Assembly (NCBI GenBank): GCA_964016885.1
Contig: OZ024750.1
Coordinates: 47,678,001-47,742,000, forward strand
Source of the DNA: Eledone cirrhosa
Taxonomy: Eukaryota
DNA length: 64,000 nucleotides
Reading direction: 5' to 3'
Both the position numbers and the translations under genes were made by a program. Below, piece after piece: positions 42,691 through 58,029 of this stretch (within the stretch, counting starts at the first letter, position 1; each line of letters opens with the position of its first letter). The notes beneath the pieces are model-generated. The model did no database searches. It worked only from the letters and a program-made list of their open reading frames with translations, and was not told the origin of the DNA.

Positions 42691-43415
42691 ATATATATAT
42701 ATATATATATATAACGTAGGAAGCATGGTAAGGAACCAGTTGGAGTATAACGAACCAGGGTACTCGATTCTATGAATAGTAGAGTGGGTAATAGGAAACC
42801 AATCATATATATATATATAAATTATTATCTATGCTTATTATACATAAATATATAATGAGCTTATATACTATTTTATAAATCTTCGTTTGAGTCTTAAGTG
42901 CATCGTGTTGGCACCGAGTCTGGCTTTAATATTGTAATCCCTGTAGTGCCTCTTCTTGTCAGACAATAACCAATTTCTTACGGAACGAAATGTGTGATAA
43001 GCATCATAGTAATAAGGGAGTAGAACCCGCAACAATTAGTAGAATCGGAGAGATTTTAACTCAGAGAGCACTGAGCCAGAATAAATGTGGAGACATTTAA
43101 TACGACTGCCTAACAACTCTGCCAAATCCTCACCATAATAAAGAGTGTCGTTATTAATATAAACAAAATATCCTCGACAGAATAATCCCAACAGTGAAAT
43201 TAATTTCCCCACAACTACTATGACAGAATATACATAGTGTTGTAAATTGATTGAGTGGTGATGTGAAACAATAAATATTTTAAACATCTCATACATAAGA
43301 CATACATTATATGTTACAGAAGCCACATTCTGAAGTGTATGATCATTGTAGACCACGAAAGTAGTAAATCACTAAGTCAGTAAATAAAAGCTAATGTGCA
43401 CACTGTCCCAAATTA

Positions 43416-43484
<69 letters not shown>

Positions 43485-43873
43485 ATTAACTACTTTTCCC
43501 ATCTTGACGTTATAGTCGCATATATGTTATAGAATGCCGTTAGCTTCTTGCTAAAACAATCTCTATACCTCTCATTTATATTTATACTCGGATTCTTTTC
43601 CTAGAGTGCTTAAACTATCTGTGACTAATCCCGGTTTTTTTCATAAAAACTGTGATAATTATTGCTATTTTGCTGAACTCCTTTGTCGAGTTTTTTTTTC
43701 AGAATGTATTTGACTGCTATTTCTTGTAATTAAACATTCACTTCCATCCTGACGTCACTAGCCCCGTTTTTTCCTCATGTGCTTTTTCATAAATACACAT
43801 GAAGGCGAACTAGCCAGTTTTAGAATTCCCTTTTTCGGATTATATTACTGTGAGAGCCCTGGTTTTCTGTTGA

Positions 43874-43955
43874 GCTCTGCTGATGAATGAAATTCCAACC
43901 GTGACCATCTCCACTGAAAGTTTTCATGAAATAGTCTTTTAAGACTATACAGAGC
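43874..43955 (+). ncRNA. Full type I hammerhead ribozyme, unit 1
   Basis: GCTCTG-CTGATGA-ATGAAATT...AGTTTTCAT-GAAA-TAGTCTT-tt-AAGACT-ATA^-CAGAGC; predicted cut after 43949. Confidence 0.9.
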
Positions 43956-44503
43956 ATTTGATGTTATTCCAAATTGAAGGATAAGTGTTTCAAACTTTAT
44001 TTTATCATGAGTTAAGTCTATAGATTTTTCCCTGGATTTTACTAAATTCTGTGGATGAATTTATATCCTGATTCTCTTTTGAGATGAGTTTGAGTTATTT
44101 TTCCTAAATCTTTCGTTAACTACTTTTCCCATCTTGACGTTATAGTCGCATATATGTTATAGAATGCCGTTAGCTTCTTGCTAAAACAATCTCTATACCT
44201 CTCATTTATATTTATACTCGGATTCTTTTCCTAGAGTGCTTAAACAATCTGTGACTAATCCCGGTTTTTTTCATAAAAACTGTGATAATTATTGCTATTT
44301 TGCTGAACTCCTTTGTAGAGTTTTTTTTCAGAATGTATTTGACTGCTATTTCTTGTAAATAAACATTCACTTCCGTCCTGACGTCACTAGCCCCGTTTTT
44401 TCCTCATGTGCTTTTTCATAAATACACATGAAGGCGAACTAGCCAGTTTTCAGAATTCCCTTTTTCGGATTATATTACTGTGAGAGCGCTGGCTTTCTGT
44501 TGA

Positions 44504-44585
44504 GCTCTGCTGATGAATGAAATTCCAACCGTGACCATCTCCACTGAAAGTTTTCATGAAATAGTCTTCTAAGACTATACAGAGC
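44504..44585 (+). ncRNA. Full type I hammerhead ribozyme, unit 2
   Basis: Same as unit 1 apart from a T>C change in the stem III loop; predicted cut after 44579. Confidence 0.9.
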
Positions 44586-45048
44586 ATTTGATGTTATTCC
44601 AAATTGAAGGATAAGTGTTTCAAACTTTATTTTATCATGAGTTAAAGGTCTATAGATTTTCCATGTATTTTACTAAATTCTGTGGATGAATTTATATCCT
44701 GATTCTCTTTTGAGATGAGTTTGAGTTATTTTTCCTAAATCTTTCGTTAACTACTTTTCCCATCTTGACGTTATAGTCGCATATTTGTTATAGAATGCCG
44801 TTAGCTTCTTGCTAAAACAATCTCTATACCTCTCATTTATATATATATATATATATATATGCGCTCAAGACACCACTGATAAATGAAATAAGTATCTTAT
44901 GTTGTCTATTACATGACTATATGAATATATATATATATATGTGTGTGTGTCTGTATATATATCTATATATATATATATATATTCACACACATATGTATAT
45001 ATAGAAGCATGTATGTATATATGTATACATACATATATATATATATAA

Positions 45049-45130
<82 letters not shown>

Positions 45131-45284
45131 CATATAAAGATATGCATATATATATATTTTATATATATATATATGTGCATATATACTCATATACATACAA
45201 ATGTATATACATACATGTATGTATATACATATATGTATGTATAAAGATGCATATGTATATAGAAATGACAAATACGCATGTGTA

Positions 45285-45346
<62 letters not shown>

Positions 45347-46199
45347 GGGGGGAGGGGGTATGTGTGTGTGTGTGCGTAATTGTAAAATATCGATATACAC
45401 TTATGCATAATGTTTACGTGAAAGACGAATTGGAATAGCAATTATAATCATTTGAAACGTATAATAACCCATGCAATTATGCAGAAATATATTACAGTAA
45501 TTATTGTTTTAAAATATTTGCATGTTTTCTCAACTAAATTTCATTTTGAATGATTTCCTAATCAGAATATCAATCCATCTTACTTTCAAGTGCAGATAAT
45601 GATGTTTACTCTTTGCAGAACCTCTCATGAGGCTCTTTATATATTATGTTCAGAATGCTCATGGGATATTTGTGACATTAAAGGGGGGTTTTATTTCCGC
45701 TTTATAAAGGACGATCATTGAAACCTCTTGAGTTTTTGCCCGATAAATAGTCTCAGAATTTGTACAAGTGTCTGAATGTTCGCTGGAAACCTACGTTTAA
45801 TATTCATTAGTCAGTTTGCTATATTATTTTTCAATATTACCGTCGCATACTAATGTCTACTTCATATATATATATATATTATTTCTGGATATATATATAT
45901 ATATATATATATATTATTTCTGGATATATATATATATATTATTTCTGTATATATATATATATATTATTTCTGAAGACGGCGGGTAGTGAAGACGTATGTA
46001 TTTTTCCTTACTGCGATATTTTTGTAATATGTTTTACATAGATCAATAATTGAATTAACATAGAGGTGAACGACCCCTCATAAACGATCGTAAAATAATG
46101 AGTTTTACTATGAATTAAGAGTTTTGTGTTTAATTTCATTGTTTTAATATTTCTCTCTCTCTCTCTCTCTATCTATCTCTCTCTCTATCTCTCTCTCTC

Positions 46200-46238
<39 letters not shown>

Positions 46239-46251
46239 TATTCTCTCTCCT

Positions 46252-46317
<66 letters not shown>

Positions 46318-46321
<4 letters not shown>

Positions 46322-46510
46322 CAAAACGTATGACCCCGACGGCAGAGCTCAAGCCGTTTCGACGGCTATTTCCGGACTCCAGAAATAAACGTCGAAACGC
46401 CTTGAGCTCTGCCGCCGGCGTCTAACTTTTTCCTACTCCACTACCCTAAGTATTGAGTACTGTGGTGCGTTATGGTCCATCTGGTTCCTTACCACAATTC
46501 CTTCGTTATA
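46318..46510. mobile_element. Family A fold-back copy
   Basis: TGACCCCGACGGCAGAGCTCAAGCCGTTTCGACGGCTATTT, then the inverted copy running to CCTTCGTTATA. Confidence 0.85.
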
Positions 46511-46519
46511 TACATATAC

Positions 46520-46635
<116 letters not shown>

Positions 46636-47216
46636 ATATATAGATATACCTATTAATTTGTTTGGCTTTTTAGTTAATTCTATTGACTGATTAATCGCTT
46701 AAGTTTATTTTTAAAACAACTCGGTCGAGGGCTTTATTCGTTTTGTGCTATTTTTGCAAATTTTCGCAATAACTACACACGCTCCATTTACTGGCCAAAA
46801 TAGGGTTTACTCCCCTTAGAACCTCACATGTGCTCTCATAACCAGTGAGATTCTTGACCACGAAGAACAAAATGCCTGTTGAGAAAGCGATGCCTTGTTC
46901 GATCATTATACCAAACGCTTATTTTTAATAAGCAGACAGTATTATTGATTTAGGTGTTGCAGAAACCCAAATTCGGACTATTACATCTTCCCCGATGATC
47001 CGTGTAACTATTTCATTCATATCTTATTTTATTTGACCCGTGTAGCTATTTCGCTTATTTGTCGCTGGTCGTTAATGGATTATTAACAATTGTCTCAGTT
47101 TGTATGAGCTTTTTAACTTATGTTTATAGCTCTGGTATCTTCATATCCATGGAGCGCTTGTCTATACATTACGGAAGTTGCATTTGCTAAATTTATATAT
47201 ATCCATATATATATAT

Positions 47217-47305
<89 letters not shown>

Positions 47306-47307
<2 letters not shown>

Positions 47308-48039
47308 AGGTGTGTCAGAAACGTTCCAAGACTGATGTCACAACAGTTTTATTTCAAACCCAAACTTCACACTAATTTGTTATACGGTTGGGGAAAACTC
47401 CGTCAGAAGCACTGGGATTGCTGCTGCAAGTGTATGGAGATGAGACGATGTCACGATCACTTGTTTTTGAGTGTCTCAAGATGACCTCAGGAGCGGAAGG
47501 CCCTCAACATCCATGACTGAAGTCAACGTTGAGCATGTCAGGCAGATGGTGCGTAGCGATCGTCGGATGACTGTTCGACTGATGGCAAATGAGCTGGGTA
47601 CGAATCAGGACAGCGTCTGGAAGAGTCTCACTGAAGATTTGGACATGCGGATAGTCTGCGTGAAGATGGTGGCAAAACTGCTGAACGATAACAAGAAGGG
47701 TCGACGCTTGCAACTGTGCCAGCACATCCTTGAGCGTCTTGAAACCAAATCAGACTTGCTAGGGACAGTCATCTACGGTTATCAGTCATGGATTTTCGAG
47801 TACGACCCAAAGGGGACCTGTTTTGAAGACGTGGACGACATCAAAAAAGCCGTGACGACGGAACTGCGGAAGATGCCGGAAGAATCTTTCGAGGAGTGCA
47901 TGCAAGTGTGGCAGAAAATGATGTAAAAATGCATTATACTCCAGGGGGGTTACTTGTAAGGAGAACACTCTTAATCTGAGGTTTGGGGTTGAAATAAATC
48001 TGTTGTGACATCAGTCCTGGAAATTTGCTGACACACCTC

Positions 48040-48040
<1 letters not shown>
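47306..48040 (+). mobile_element. Internally deleted mariner transposon
   Basis: Terminal inverted repeats GAGGTGTGTCAG..ACTGATGTCACAACAG / CTGTTGTGACATCAGT..CTGACACACCTCG with TA on both sides; transposase remnants DDLRSGRPSTS, GYQSWIFEYDP, KGTCFEDVDDIKKAVTTEL. Confidence 0.92.
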
Positions 48041-48086
<46 letters not shown>

Positions 48087-49429
48087 GAGAGAGAGAGAGA
48101 TGGGGGGGGGGGACATAGTGGAAGAGAGATATAGGGAGAGAGATTGAGAGTCGGAGAAAACGAGAAAGAGAATGAGAGAGAGAGCGGCGAATGTATTTAT
48201 ATTAAATATGTTGCGTTATTTAATATTGTCCACAGATATGTCAAGTATTCAAGTGATATATTATAAACATAAATAAATAAATAAATATATATATATACAT
48301 ACATATATGCGAACGTGTTTGTATGTGTAACACTTTAAGCCCACACACCCCTCCCCCCAAAAAAAAAATCATCGCCTGCAATGTTTCACATGCGTCTGAA
48401 GGGATCTGATACAGAGATTTCACAACTAACACACACTATTTCTCCTCATTAGAATGATGCATAATAATGTCGAATGTTGGTCTCTTATTGGTGTCGAAGA
48501 GAATGTGCTGCGGTGTTCGCTCGGGATCTCGATTGTCTAACATAAAATCCCGCTTAGAACAACTTTGATTTTGCCACTTTCGGGGTCAATACGATAAAGC
48601 CATATCTAGTGCAGATACAGCTTTTTCACGTTTTAACTATCACATCTGATGTTTCATGGATGGAAGGCCAAATAATGTGAATTCCTGTGCCTGCTTAGAC
48701 GTAGAAAAACCCTCTCTTCGGGACACAGTCATGAAATAAATTAAATAAAAAAGCCGCTGTAACATTTGTCAGTGAGGCTACAGTTTATTGCAATGCGCAA
48801 TGTTTATTGTCAGTATCCTGCGATGAAATTAATGTAATGATGAAGTCATAAAATAAAGTTAAATAGTATCTGATATAAACGTCAGAAAACGGAATATAGA
48901 AAAGGGACGGATTTTGTAATAAACGGGGCCCAAAATTCCAAAATGAAGAAGAGTTCAGCTGGTGTGCAGATATTAGAACTACATTATCTGTATGTTGCCT
49001 TATTAAATGACGTTAGTTAAACAGTATATTGGGATGTTTAGATGTTGTTATATGTCGGGATAATAAAGGGATATAGTTTCATGGTTAGGCTCTTCAGCTT
49101 TGGATTGTACCGCTATTACTTTTATTTCCAGTGAAGTTTTGTGTTCTTCAAGAAGACATATTTTCGAATACATCTCTATGAAACTGACGGATATACTTAA
49201 AAACAAACTTTCTGTAAATGCAGTGGCTGTCTTATGAATTCACCGCATTGCTAACATATCATTGTAGAAAACATGTCAATAATAAATAAAATATATTCGT
49301 GTTGTTTTGTTTTATTGTTTATACCTTTTTTTTATTTGAGAACTTCTCATAAAATGGAAAGTTGTTGCGTTTCTATAAATCAGAACGCCCTAAGGAATAA
49401 ACTGCTATAATGAAATTATATATATATAT

Positions 49430-49491
<62 letters not shown>

Positions 49492-49492
49492 C

Positions 49493-49673
<181 letters not shown>

Positions 49674-50999
49674 GTATGTGTGTGTCGATATATATATATA
49701 TATATATACACATATACGTATGGAATGAAGCTCGTGAGATTACGCACAGATTTGTTTCGGCTTCAATGAGTGAAAGATCTATATAATAATAATAAACATA
49801 CCTATCAACCATATATCGATTCCTGATTTATATGTCTCACAAAGGGGGTTGAGAAGTTGATGTTAAGTTTGTGGTGATAGAGAGGAGGCGTCGGTGTAGA
49901 GAAAATAACAATACTGGAATCATCCCTCTTATTTCTTACCATTATCCAACATAAATAATTTCTATTTAGTTTTTGTCTCTTTCCTATTTTTCGGCATATT
50001 TAAATGAAGAAAAAAAATCCATTATCGACAAGTCTTTGTTTTTCATTTTATTTTATATTTATGTATATTATTGCATATTGTATTTTATTGTTGTTTATGT
50101 ATATATTTATATTTGGTACTTGACAATTTTCCATTTACTTGAAGAATAGTCAACACACATTACAGCGTAAGACAATGCAACTTTAAGAACATTGGTTATC
50201 GATAACACCCCACCCACAAAGAAAAAAACTGGTAAACCAACACCCGAAAATAATAAAATATATAGAGATATGAAAGAAACTATACGCTAATGTCATATGA
50301 AAGGAGATATGACAAATAACAACAAAGATATAGTGACATGCTATTGATGTTTTGAGGGGGACAGCAAACAATATCCATTACGTTAAGGCATAGTACTGTG
50401 CATACTATAGGAATGCACAACCATAACGACATTCTCCCCTTTCCAGCTACTACAACAATTCCTGGTAAAAGCACAACTTTTAAAACGACTCTATAAACCG
50501 TCAAAGCAACTACTACAACATCAAAAACGAATATTGGTTTCGTTAGCATAAATATTGTTGATGTTGCTGTTGTGGTTCGTATGTATATTTCCTTGTTGGC
50601 ACCATGTCTTGATCGAATACACCGATGTTCTAAATGAAAATCAACTACAGTTGTTCCTATTATATTTCACACCTATAAGGCTGCATTCATTTGTCAAATT
50701 CTCGAGTGTGTTATTGAAATGCCTTGAAGACAGTCGTCGCCGGATTTAACGCGCAGCTGCTGCTTTACGTATTCTTTGTTTTTCAACGGATTGTCCATTA
50801 AGATTGCGAAATAAAGCCACTTCCACAGAGATAAAATACCTCTCCGCCCACAGGAATAGAAATCCGATATTATTACACGACAACAACAGCAACTGAATCA
50901 ACAACAGATGCGGGGGAACCCTGAAGTAAAACAATACCAAATTCAACAAACGTATGAAGATAACCAACAACAACCGACAAACGCCAAGCTAAAAGAGCT

Positions 51000-51249
51000 A
51001 GATGGTTGGAAAACATTGATCAGATTGGCTGGTCTTGCCTGGGGATCCACCCAGATCACTTTGGGACGGCTGCTTCTGACAAGAACCGCTGCGAGGAGGG
51101 TTTGAGGTCTTTGTGCCTACGAACATCTCAAGAAGAAGAAGAAGACGAAGAAGAAGAAGAAGAAGAAGAAGAAGAAGAAGAAGAAGAAGAAGAAGAAGAA
51201 GAAGAAGAAGAAGAAGAAGAAGAAGAAGAAGAAGAAGAAGAAGAAGAAG
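51000..51249 (+). mobile_element. 3' end of the RTE family seen at 4800-6620, with (GAA)n tail
   Basis: Shares TGGTCTTGCCTGGGGATCCA and TGACAAGA with 6225-6325. Confidence 0.8.
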
Positions 51250-51558
51250 GACAGTAACAACGGAATGTAAGCTCTATTCGACCATTTTCCGAACGGGGAA
51301 CGCTAAAGTAGTATAGCACGTACACCAGCATCCCCCTCCCCATCAGCTTAATCTCAACTGTCATAATCATCACAACCGTCGACATTATCATCCTGACCAT
51401 CACCAACATTACCATCATCATCATCATCATCACCATCGCTATAACCATCATCATCCTATACATCATCACCATTATCATCGTCACCCTCAACATCAACATC
51501 ATCATCATCATCATCGAAATAATCAACGGCATCATCATGTCATCATCGTCATCACCAA

Positions 51559-51597
<39 letters not shown>

Positions 51598-51735
51598 AAT
51601 GGTAACCACAGTGTCATGTCCATAATTCAGATTAATGAAGGCAAGGATAGATTTAGACTTACGAATAAAAAACAAACAGAAATGTAAACTAGAAAAAATA
51701 AATAAAATACAAAAAAACAAAAAAAATAAGAACGG

Positions 51736-51816
<81 letters not shown>

Positions 51817-51955
51817 CGTGTGTTTGTATATGTGTGTGCGCGTGTGTGGGTGTATATGTGTGTGTGTATACATATACGTATACATACATATATTTGTCTA
51901 TATATATATATATAAAAACACACTGAACAGTATATATGTATATATATAGATATAT

Positions 51956-52007
<52 letters not shown>

Positions 52008-52008
52008 A

Positions 52009-52067
<59 letters not shown>

Positions 52068-52569
52068 ATGTGAGTGTGTTTGTGTGAGTGTGTTTGATGT
52101 GTCTAGAATCCTCGCCAAATCAACTCTAATCCCAACCAAATCAACAATAATCCTCCAACGTCAACGGATACAACAACAACAAGTACAAAAATAAAAAAAT
52201 ACAGGAAATATCAGAAAACAAAATGGACACATTTCTATCGACTCTACCAAGTCAAAATATTTGAAAGAAAAACCAAATCTGTGCAAATCCCTATAGCTGC
52301 ACTAGTTTATCAAAATTTGATAGGGAAACATTCTTGACAGAATGCAGATAGTAATGATTAATTGTAGAGGTTGTGACATAGTAAGGACAAAAGAGCGGGC
52401 TGACTAAGAGGTGACTGGCTGGGCTCAGTGTGGATTGGTGTGGCATGGGATGGATGTTGAACTCAGTGTTAAATGGATATGTTATTGAGTGACAACCACG
52501 TAAGATAAAAATGTTAAAGAAAGAGTATGAAAGATAATGACACCGCTTATACACACACACACACAACAT

Positions 52570-52634
<65 letters not shown>

Positions 52635-52639
<5 letters not shown>

Positions 52640-52699
52640 TAAAATAACAGATTAATGTTTAAGCAAATAATCGCTGCTTTCACCCTTAACGGGATCTTC

Positions 52700-52703
<4 letters not shown>
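52635..52703 (-). mobile_element. Family C HHR-only fragment in (TA)n
   Basis: TTATTAAAATAACAGATTAA..TTAAGCAAA..TCGCTGCTTTCACCCTTAACGGGATCTTCTG. Confidence 0.8.
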
Positions 52704-52749
<46 letters not shown>

Positions 52750-52836
52750 GGAGGTGAGTTTTATTGTAGTACAATAAAGCAATGCAGATATCGGATGAGA
52801 AGCACTCTACAGTTTGTAGGACTGGAGTATGCATAA

Positions 52837-53130
52837 TATATAAGATCAACAGATGGTTAAATGAGATCCATTTTTTTTTATTATGCGCATGTCAAAAACA
52901 AATATCATCATGCAATAACATTTGTGTTTTCATCAGATAAAATATGAGGACATGATATGAAGGTTAAAAACACTTGTGGATATGTTGATTTAAAACTGCA
53001 CTATCCACAAGTGTTTTTAACCTTCATATCATGTCCTCTGATGAAAACACAACTGTTATTGCATGATGATATTTGTTTTTGAAATGCGCATAATAAAATA
53101 CGTGGAACTCATCTAACCATCTTTTGATCT

Positions 53131-53135
<5 letters not shown>
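52837..53135. mobile_element. Family E inverted-repeat element with two HHR copies
   Basis: Arms meet near 52982-53002; CTGATGA...GAAATGCGCATA at ~53038-53092 (+); the inverted copy has GAAA changed to GACA. Confidence 0.85.
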
Positions 53136-53208
<73 letters not shown>

Positions 53209-53209
<1 letters not shown>

Positions 53210-53423
53210 GTATTAATAATAAATGTAAAGACTAAAATCCAAAGAGGGCTCGATAAGGAGAAATATATATCAAATATATAAGAACCGTAGACCAAATATT
53301 TATTAAAATAACAGATTAAAGTTTAAGGAAGAATCACTGCTTTCACCCTTAACGAGATCTTCAGAAGATCCCATTAAGGGTGAAAGAAGCGATTATTTGC
53401 TTAAATTTTAATCTGTTATTTTA

Positions 53424-53430
<7 letters not shown>
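53209..53430. mobile_element. Family C fold-back centred on the HHR core
   Basis: Centre GATCTTC-A-GAAGATC (~53362); the left arm carries the same tail as 26190-26280. Confidence 0.85.
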
Positions 53431-53459
<29 letters not shown>

Positions 53460-53677
53460 GAAAAAAATGAAAACGAAATTTCATTTCTCACTCTTAGTAT
53501 GGCACTTACTTAAATGTAAGTATGTATGTATACGTACTTACATAAATTCAGGCTGTTCGGTTTGTTGACAAACAAGCGAACAAAGCTGCGTTATAATAAA
53601 CGTCGGCTAAACTGATGCGTGCATATATGTATGTGTACCTGTATGCATATGTGTATATGTATATATATGTATATATA

Positions 53678-53793
<116 letters not shown>

Positions 53794-53832
53794 GCATGCT
53801 ACTGTACGTCTGTATACATATATGTATGTACG

Positions 53833-53979
<147 letters not shown>

Positions 53980-54155
53980 GGGAGAGAGAGGGAGATATGG
54001 TGGAATTGGAAATAGCACAGGAAATATATTTAAGGATCTTTTTTTATTCTTTGAATCATCAAATTGAGATTAAATAAAACATGAGAAAAGGATAAAGAAA
54101 ATGAGTTTTATAACGTATTTAAAATATATTTATATAAATTATATAGATGTATCAT

Positions 54156-54252
54156 AAATATATGGATATATAAATATATGGATATATAAATATATGGATA
54201 TATAAAATATATGGATATATAAATATATGGATATATAAAATATATGGATGTA
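54156..54252. repeat. 16-17-bp minisatellite (TAAATATATGGATATA)
   Basis: About 5-6 direct units. Confidence 0.85.
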
Positions 54253-54327
54253 TCAAAATGTATGTTTATAAAATATATGTATATCAGAGAAAAACGAGTA
54301 AATCAGACAAAGTTGGAATTCCTCTTA

Positions 54328-54371
<44 letters not shown>

Positions 54372-54374
<3 letters not shown>

Positions 54375-54566
54375 CGAGGTAAAAGTGGTAAGGAACCAGG
54401 TGGACCATAACGCACCAACATACTCAATACTTAGGGTAGTAGAGTGGGTAATAGGAGTAAGTAAGACCCCGACGGCTCAGCTCAAGCCGTTTCGACGGCT
54501 AATTCTAACAGAATTAGCCGTCGAAACGGCTTGAGCTCAGCCGTCGGGGTCTTACTTACTCCTATA
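54372..54566. mobile_element. Family A fold-back copy
   Basis: Arms ATAGGAGTAAGTAAGACCCCGACGGCT..GGCTAATTCT and its complement; only the left arm has the long tail. Confidence 0.88.
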
Positions 54567-55056
54567 TATATATATATATATATATATATTGATGTATCGT
54601 TTACATGTAAGATATACACACAGCTTAACCTCTAGTAACCATTTGATAACCAATATATATACATACTTCTGCTGGATAAGGGAATAAGGTAATTATTCCA
54701 TATATGTGGATCCTCTTCATAGTATGAATATCTACATCACGTTAGTAAGGGGGTTGTAGTGATTAAATATCATATGTGCGCATATATTTATACCAGGAAG
54801 TAATATAGGATGTTAGGAATCAAGGAGGTATGTATACATATATATATGTGCGGGTGTTTGTGGGTGTCTCTACAGTGAATATATCTTCAATGTGTTGTTG
54901 ATGTTGAATGTGCTTATATCAGTGCATCTGATGTTTTTGCTATCAAATTAATCTAAATGTTTGCCTCAAACTCAATCTTTAAGTAGCCATTTCTATCTAC
55001 ACTCATTATCCATCCTCCTATTTCTATCTCTCAACCTCCCTCTTTATATATATATA

Positions 55057-55220
55057 TTTCGACGGCTATTTCTGGACTGAGTCCAGAAATAGCCGTCAAA
55101 ACGGCTTGAGCTTTGCCGTCAGGGACATACTTGTTCCTATTACCCACTCTAATACCCTAAGTATTGAGTACTTTGGTGCGCTATGGTCCATCGTGTTCCA
55201 TACCACAATTCCTTCGTTAT

Positions 55221-55221
<1 letters not shown>
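55057..55221. mobile_element. Family A copy with short inverted head
   Basis: TTTCGACGGCTATTTCTGGACT-g-AGTCCAGAAATAGCCGTC...CCTTCGTTATA. Confidence 0.85.
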
Positions 55222-55302
<81 letters not shown>

Positions 55303-56300
55303 GCGTTTGTGTGTTTGTGTGTATATCTCATTGTGTGTGCGTGCGTCTGCGTATGTGTGTTGCCTTTATAATGTTATTATTTATCTAATTTCCTCTAGTT
55401 AACCGTATACATATATCTATGAACGCAGGAGGTACAGAGCTCCGGCTTTACTTAAAATGTGAAATTACAATGAGTTTCACCAGACATCGAAAGTGTGTGA
55501 ACACATGGAGAGATAGACGGCTCTTTAATGTTAAAGTCGGATAATATCGCCGAGCGTTGCAGACTATCATTTAAGCCACCACACTGAATATTTCATCATA
55601 ATGGTCACCATTCGTGCTGTTGTTGTTTCTGATGTTGTTCCTGCGATTATTGTTGATGTAGAAAGTGTTTTATTCGCGCTTGTCTTTGTTAATGCTTTTA
55701 TAGTTATATTGCTCTCATTGTGGTGATTATTTTTGCTGTTTTCCATGTTGCCATTGTTGATTTTAGTGTTGTTATTGCAGTTTTTGTAATTCTAGTTGTT
55801 GTTTTGGTGTTGTTATTTGTATCACTGTTGCTTTTATCGCTGCTGATTTCGTCGTTGTTGCTGTTCTTTTCCTAGTTCTCATTGTTGAAGTTCCTGTTGA
55901 TGGCATTGACATTAGTGTTAGTTGTTGTCATTCCAATTGTTTTTGTTGTAGATGTTCTTAATGCCAATAGTGTTTGTTGTTACTAATTTTATTTGTTTCA
56001 GTATAATTTTCTAAGTAATCCATCAAATTTAATCTGATTATAGTGTTCAGTATCAAGATTTACACGCCAGGCTTAGGCTGGTTTGTTCGTTGTGCTGAGA
56101 TTTATTTATTTCTATTTATTTCTCTATAAATTTAGTTTCTCTACTATTATCAAGTTTCTATTTTTCTTTTGGCTGCACACATATCAACCTAACGTATACA
56201 TACATACACACACATACACACGTTTACATTCGTATTCGTATATATATATATATATATATTCATTCATATATATATCCACACACACACACATATATATATT

Positions 56301-56362
<62 letters not shown>

Positions 56363-56478
56363 TGTGTGTGCGTGTGTGTGTGTATGTGTGTGTGTGTATG
56401 TGTGTGTGTGCATGTGTGTGTATGCCTACATATATATATATATATTCACACACACACGCACACACACACACACACACG

Positions 56479-56512
<34 letters not shown>

Positions 56513-57024
56513 GTATGTGTGTACATAGATGCACTGATATACATACATAAAACACATATATAACTAGCACATACACAGATATAATTACTTACATAGATTG
56601 ATACGATGTCACTGATGTTGTAGAGTCGTGTCAATGTTTCCGGATAGTGGGTGGGGGTTTATGTGACTTGTTCAGGATTAGATTGTTGTCTTATTTCAAT
56701 TCATTCAATATACTATTTTATTATTTTCTTTTAATATATTGTTGTACACAAGTTTTAATGCGATGCGTTGGGTTAATGTTGGTTCTGTCAAGAACTTTGC
56801 TCCAGTCTTAATGTATCGGACATGAGTAGCACAAATCATATGCCCTCTCTTTCACTGATATGTTTTCTTTTCTGTCGCATTGTATCTCTATTCTATGAGA
56901 AAACTTTCTAGTATTCGTACTCTATAGCACAAAGGAAATTATATGTTTATCTTAGTAGATTTCTATCTGTCTATCACAAATATATTTAGGTAGGTTTTCT
57001 CTCTATCTTTCTCATGTATCGCTT

Positions 57025-57124
<100 letters not shown>

Positions 57125-57125
57125 A

Positions 57126-57177
<52 letters not shown>

Positions 57178-57227
57178 TAATTAAATGACAGGAGGCTGTA
57201 TTTGTGTAAATCCTTGAAAGGTTTATT

Positions 57228-57285
57228 ATACTATGATCATTTCAATGACCGGGTTCCGTATGAATCCGGTGATATCATCAGATAT
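57228..57285 (-). ncRNA. HHR, second copy of the 7553-7610 family
   Basis: Minus strand: CTGATGA-TATCACCGGATTC..GAACCCGGTCATT-GAAATGATC-ATA^-GTAT. Confidence 0.72.
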
Positions 57286-57439
57286 TCGAAATATAGTACG
57301 TGAATGTAATAGATAAAATCCATGGGGCTGAAAATCGAGGACCCGAGGGCGACCGCTATTCTGTTCATTCAACCTCAGCCGGTCGCCCTGGAGTGACGTG
57401 GCTAAAGTTTATAGTATGCTACTACCGGTCAGATAAACG

Positions 57440-57470
<31 letters not shown>

Positions 57471-57646
57471 GTTACAGCGAAGGAGAAAGGGGTGCGGGGG
57501 GTCCCTCATAAAATCCAGAAATAACTTCTACATGACTGAAACAGTTTCTTTCCTGGGTGAATGCAGACGGATGAAACAGACCTAGTCCTGTTGAAGCGAT
57601 TTATATTATATAATAATAATATTAATAATAATAATAATAATAATAA

Positions 57647-57719
<73 letters not shown>

Positions 57720-57833
57720 ATGTATGTATATGTGTATGTGTGTGTGTTTGTTATAGATGATCGACGGAGAAACATGAAATATGTAAATAAATTGTGATTA
57801 TATGCAATACTGATGGCTCCTTCCTTATTATAT

Positions 57834-58029
<196 letters not shown>

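Larger units (their letters stand above)
43486..44842 (+). mobile_element. Retrozyme-like tandem array: 2.15 copies of a 630-bp unit in (TA)n
   Basis: Unit starts TTAACTACTTTTCCC at 43486, 44116 and 44747; the units differ at only scattered positions; one HHR per unit. Confidence 0.9.

Noticed and set aside
43950-44579. Rolling-circle ORF in the 630-nt monomer (length divisible by 3)
   Set aside because: No ORF of 60 aa or more appears in the track, and the next period is 631 bp.
49070-49102. Minus-strand CTGAAGA-N10-GAAA
   Set aside because: No stem II pairing.
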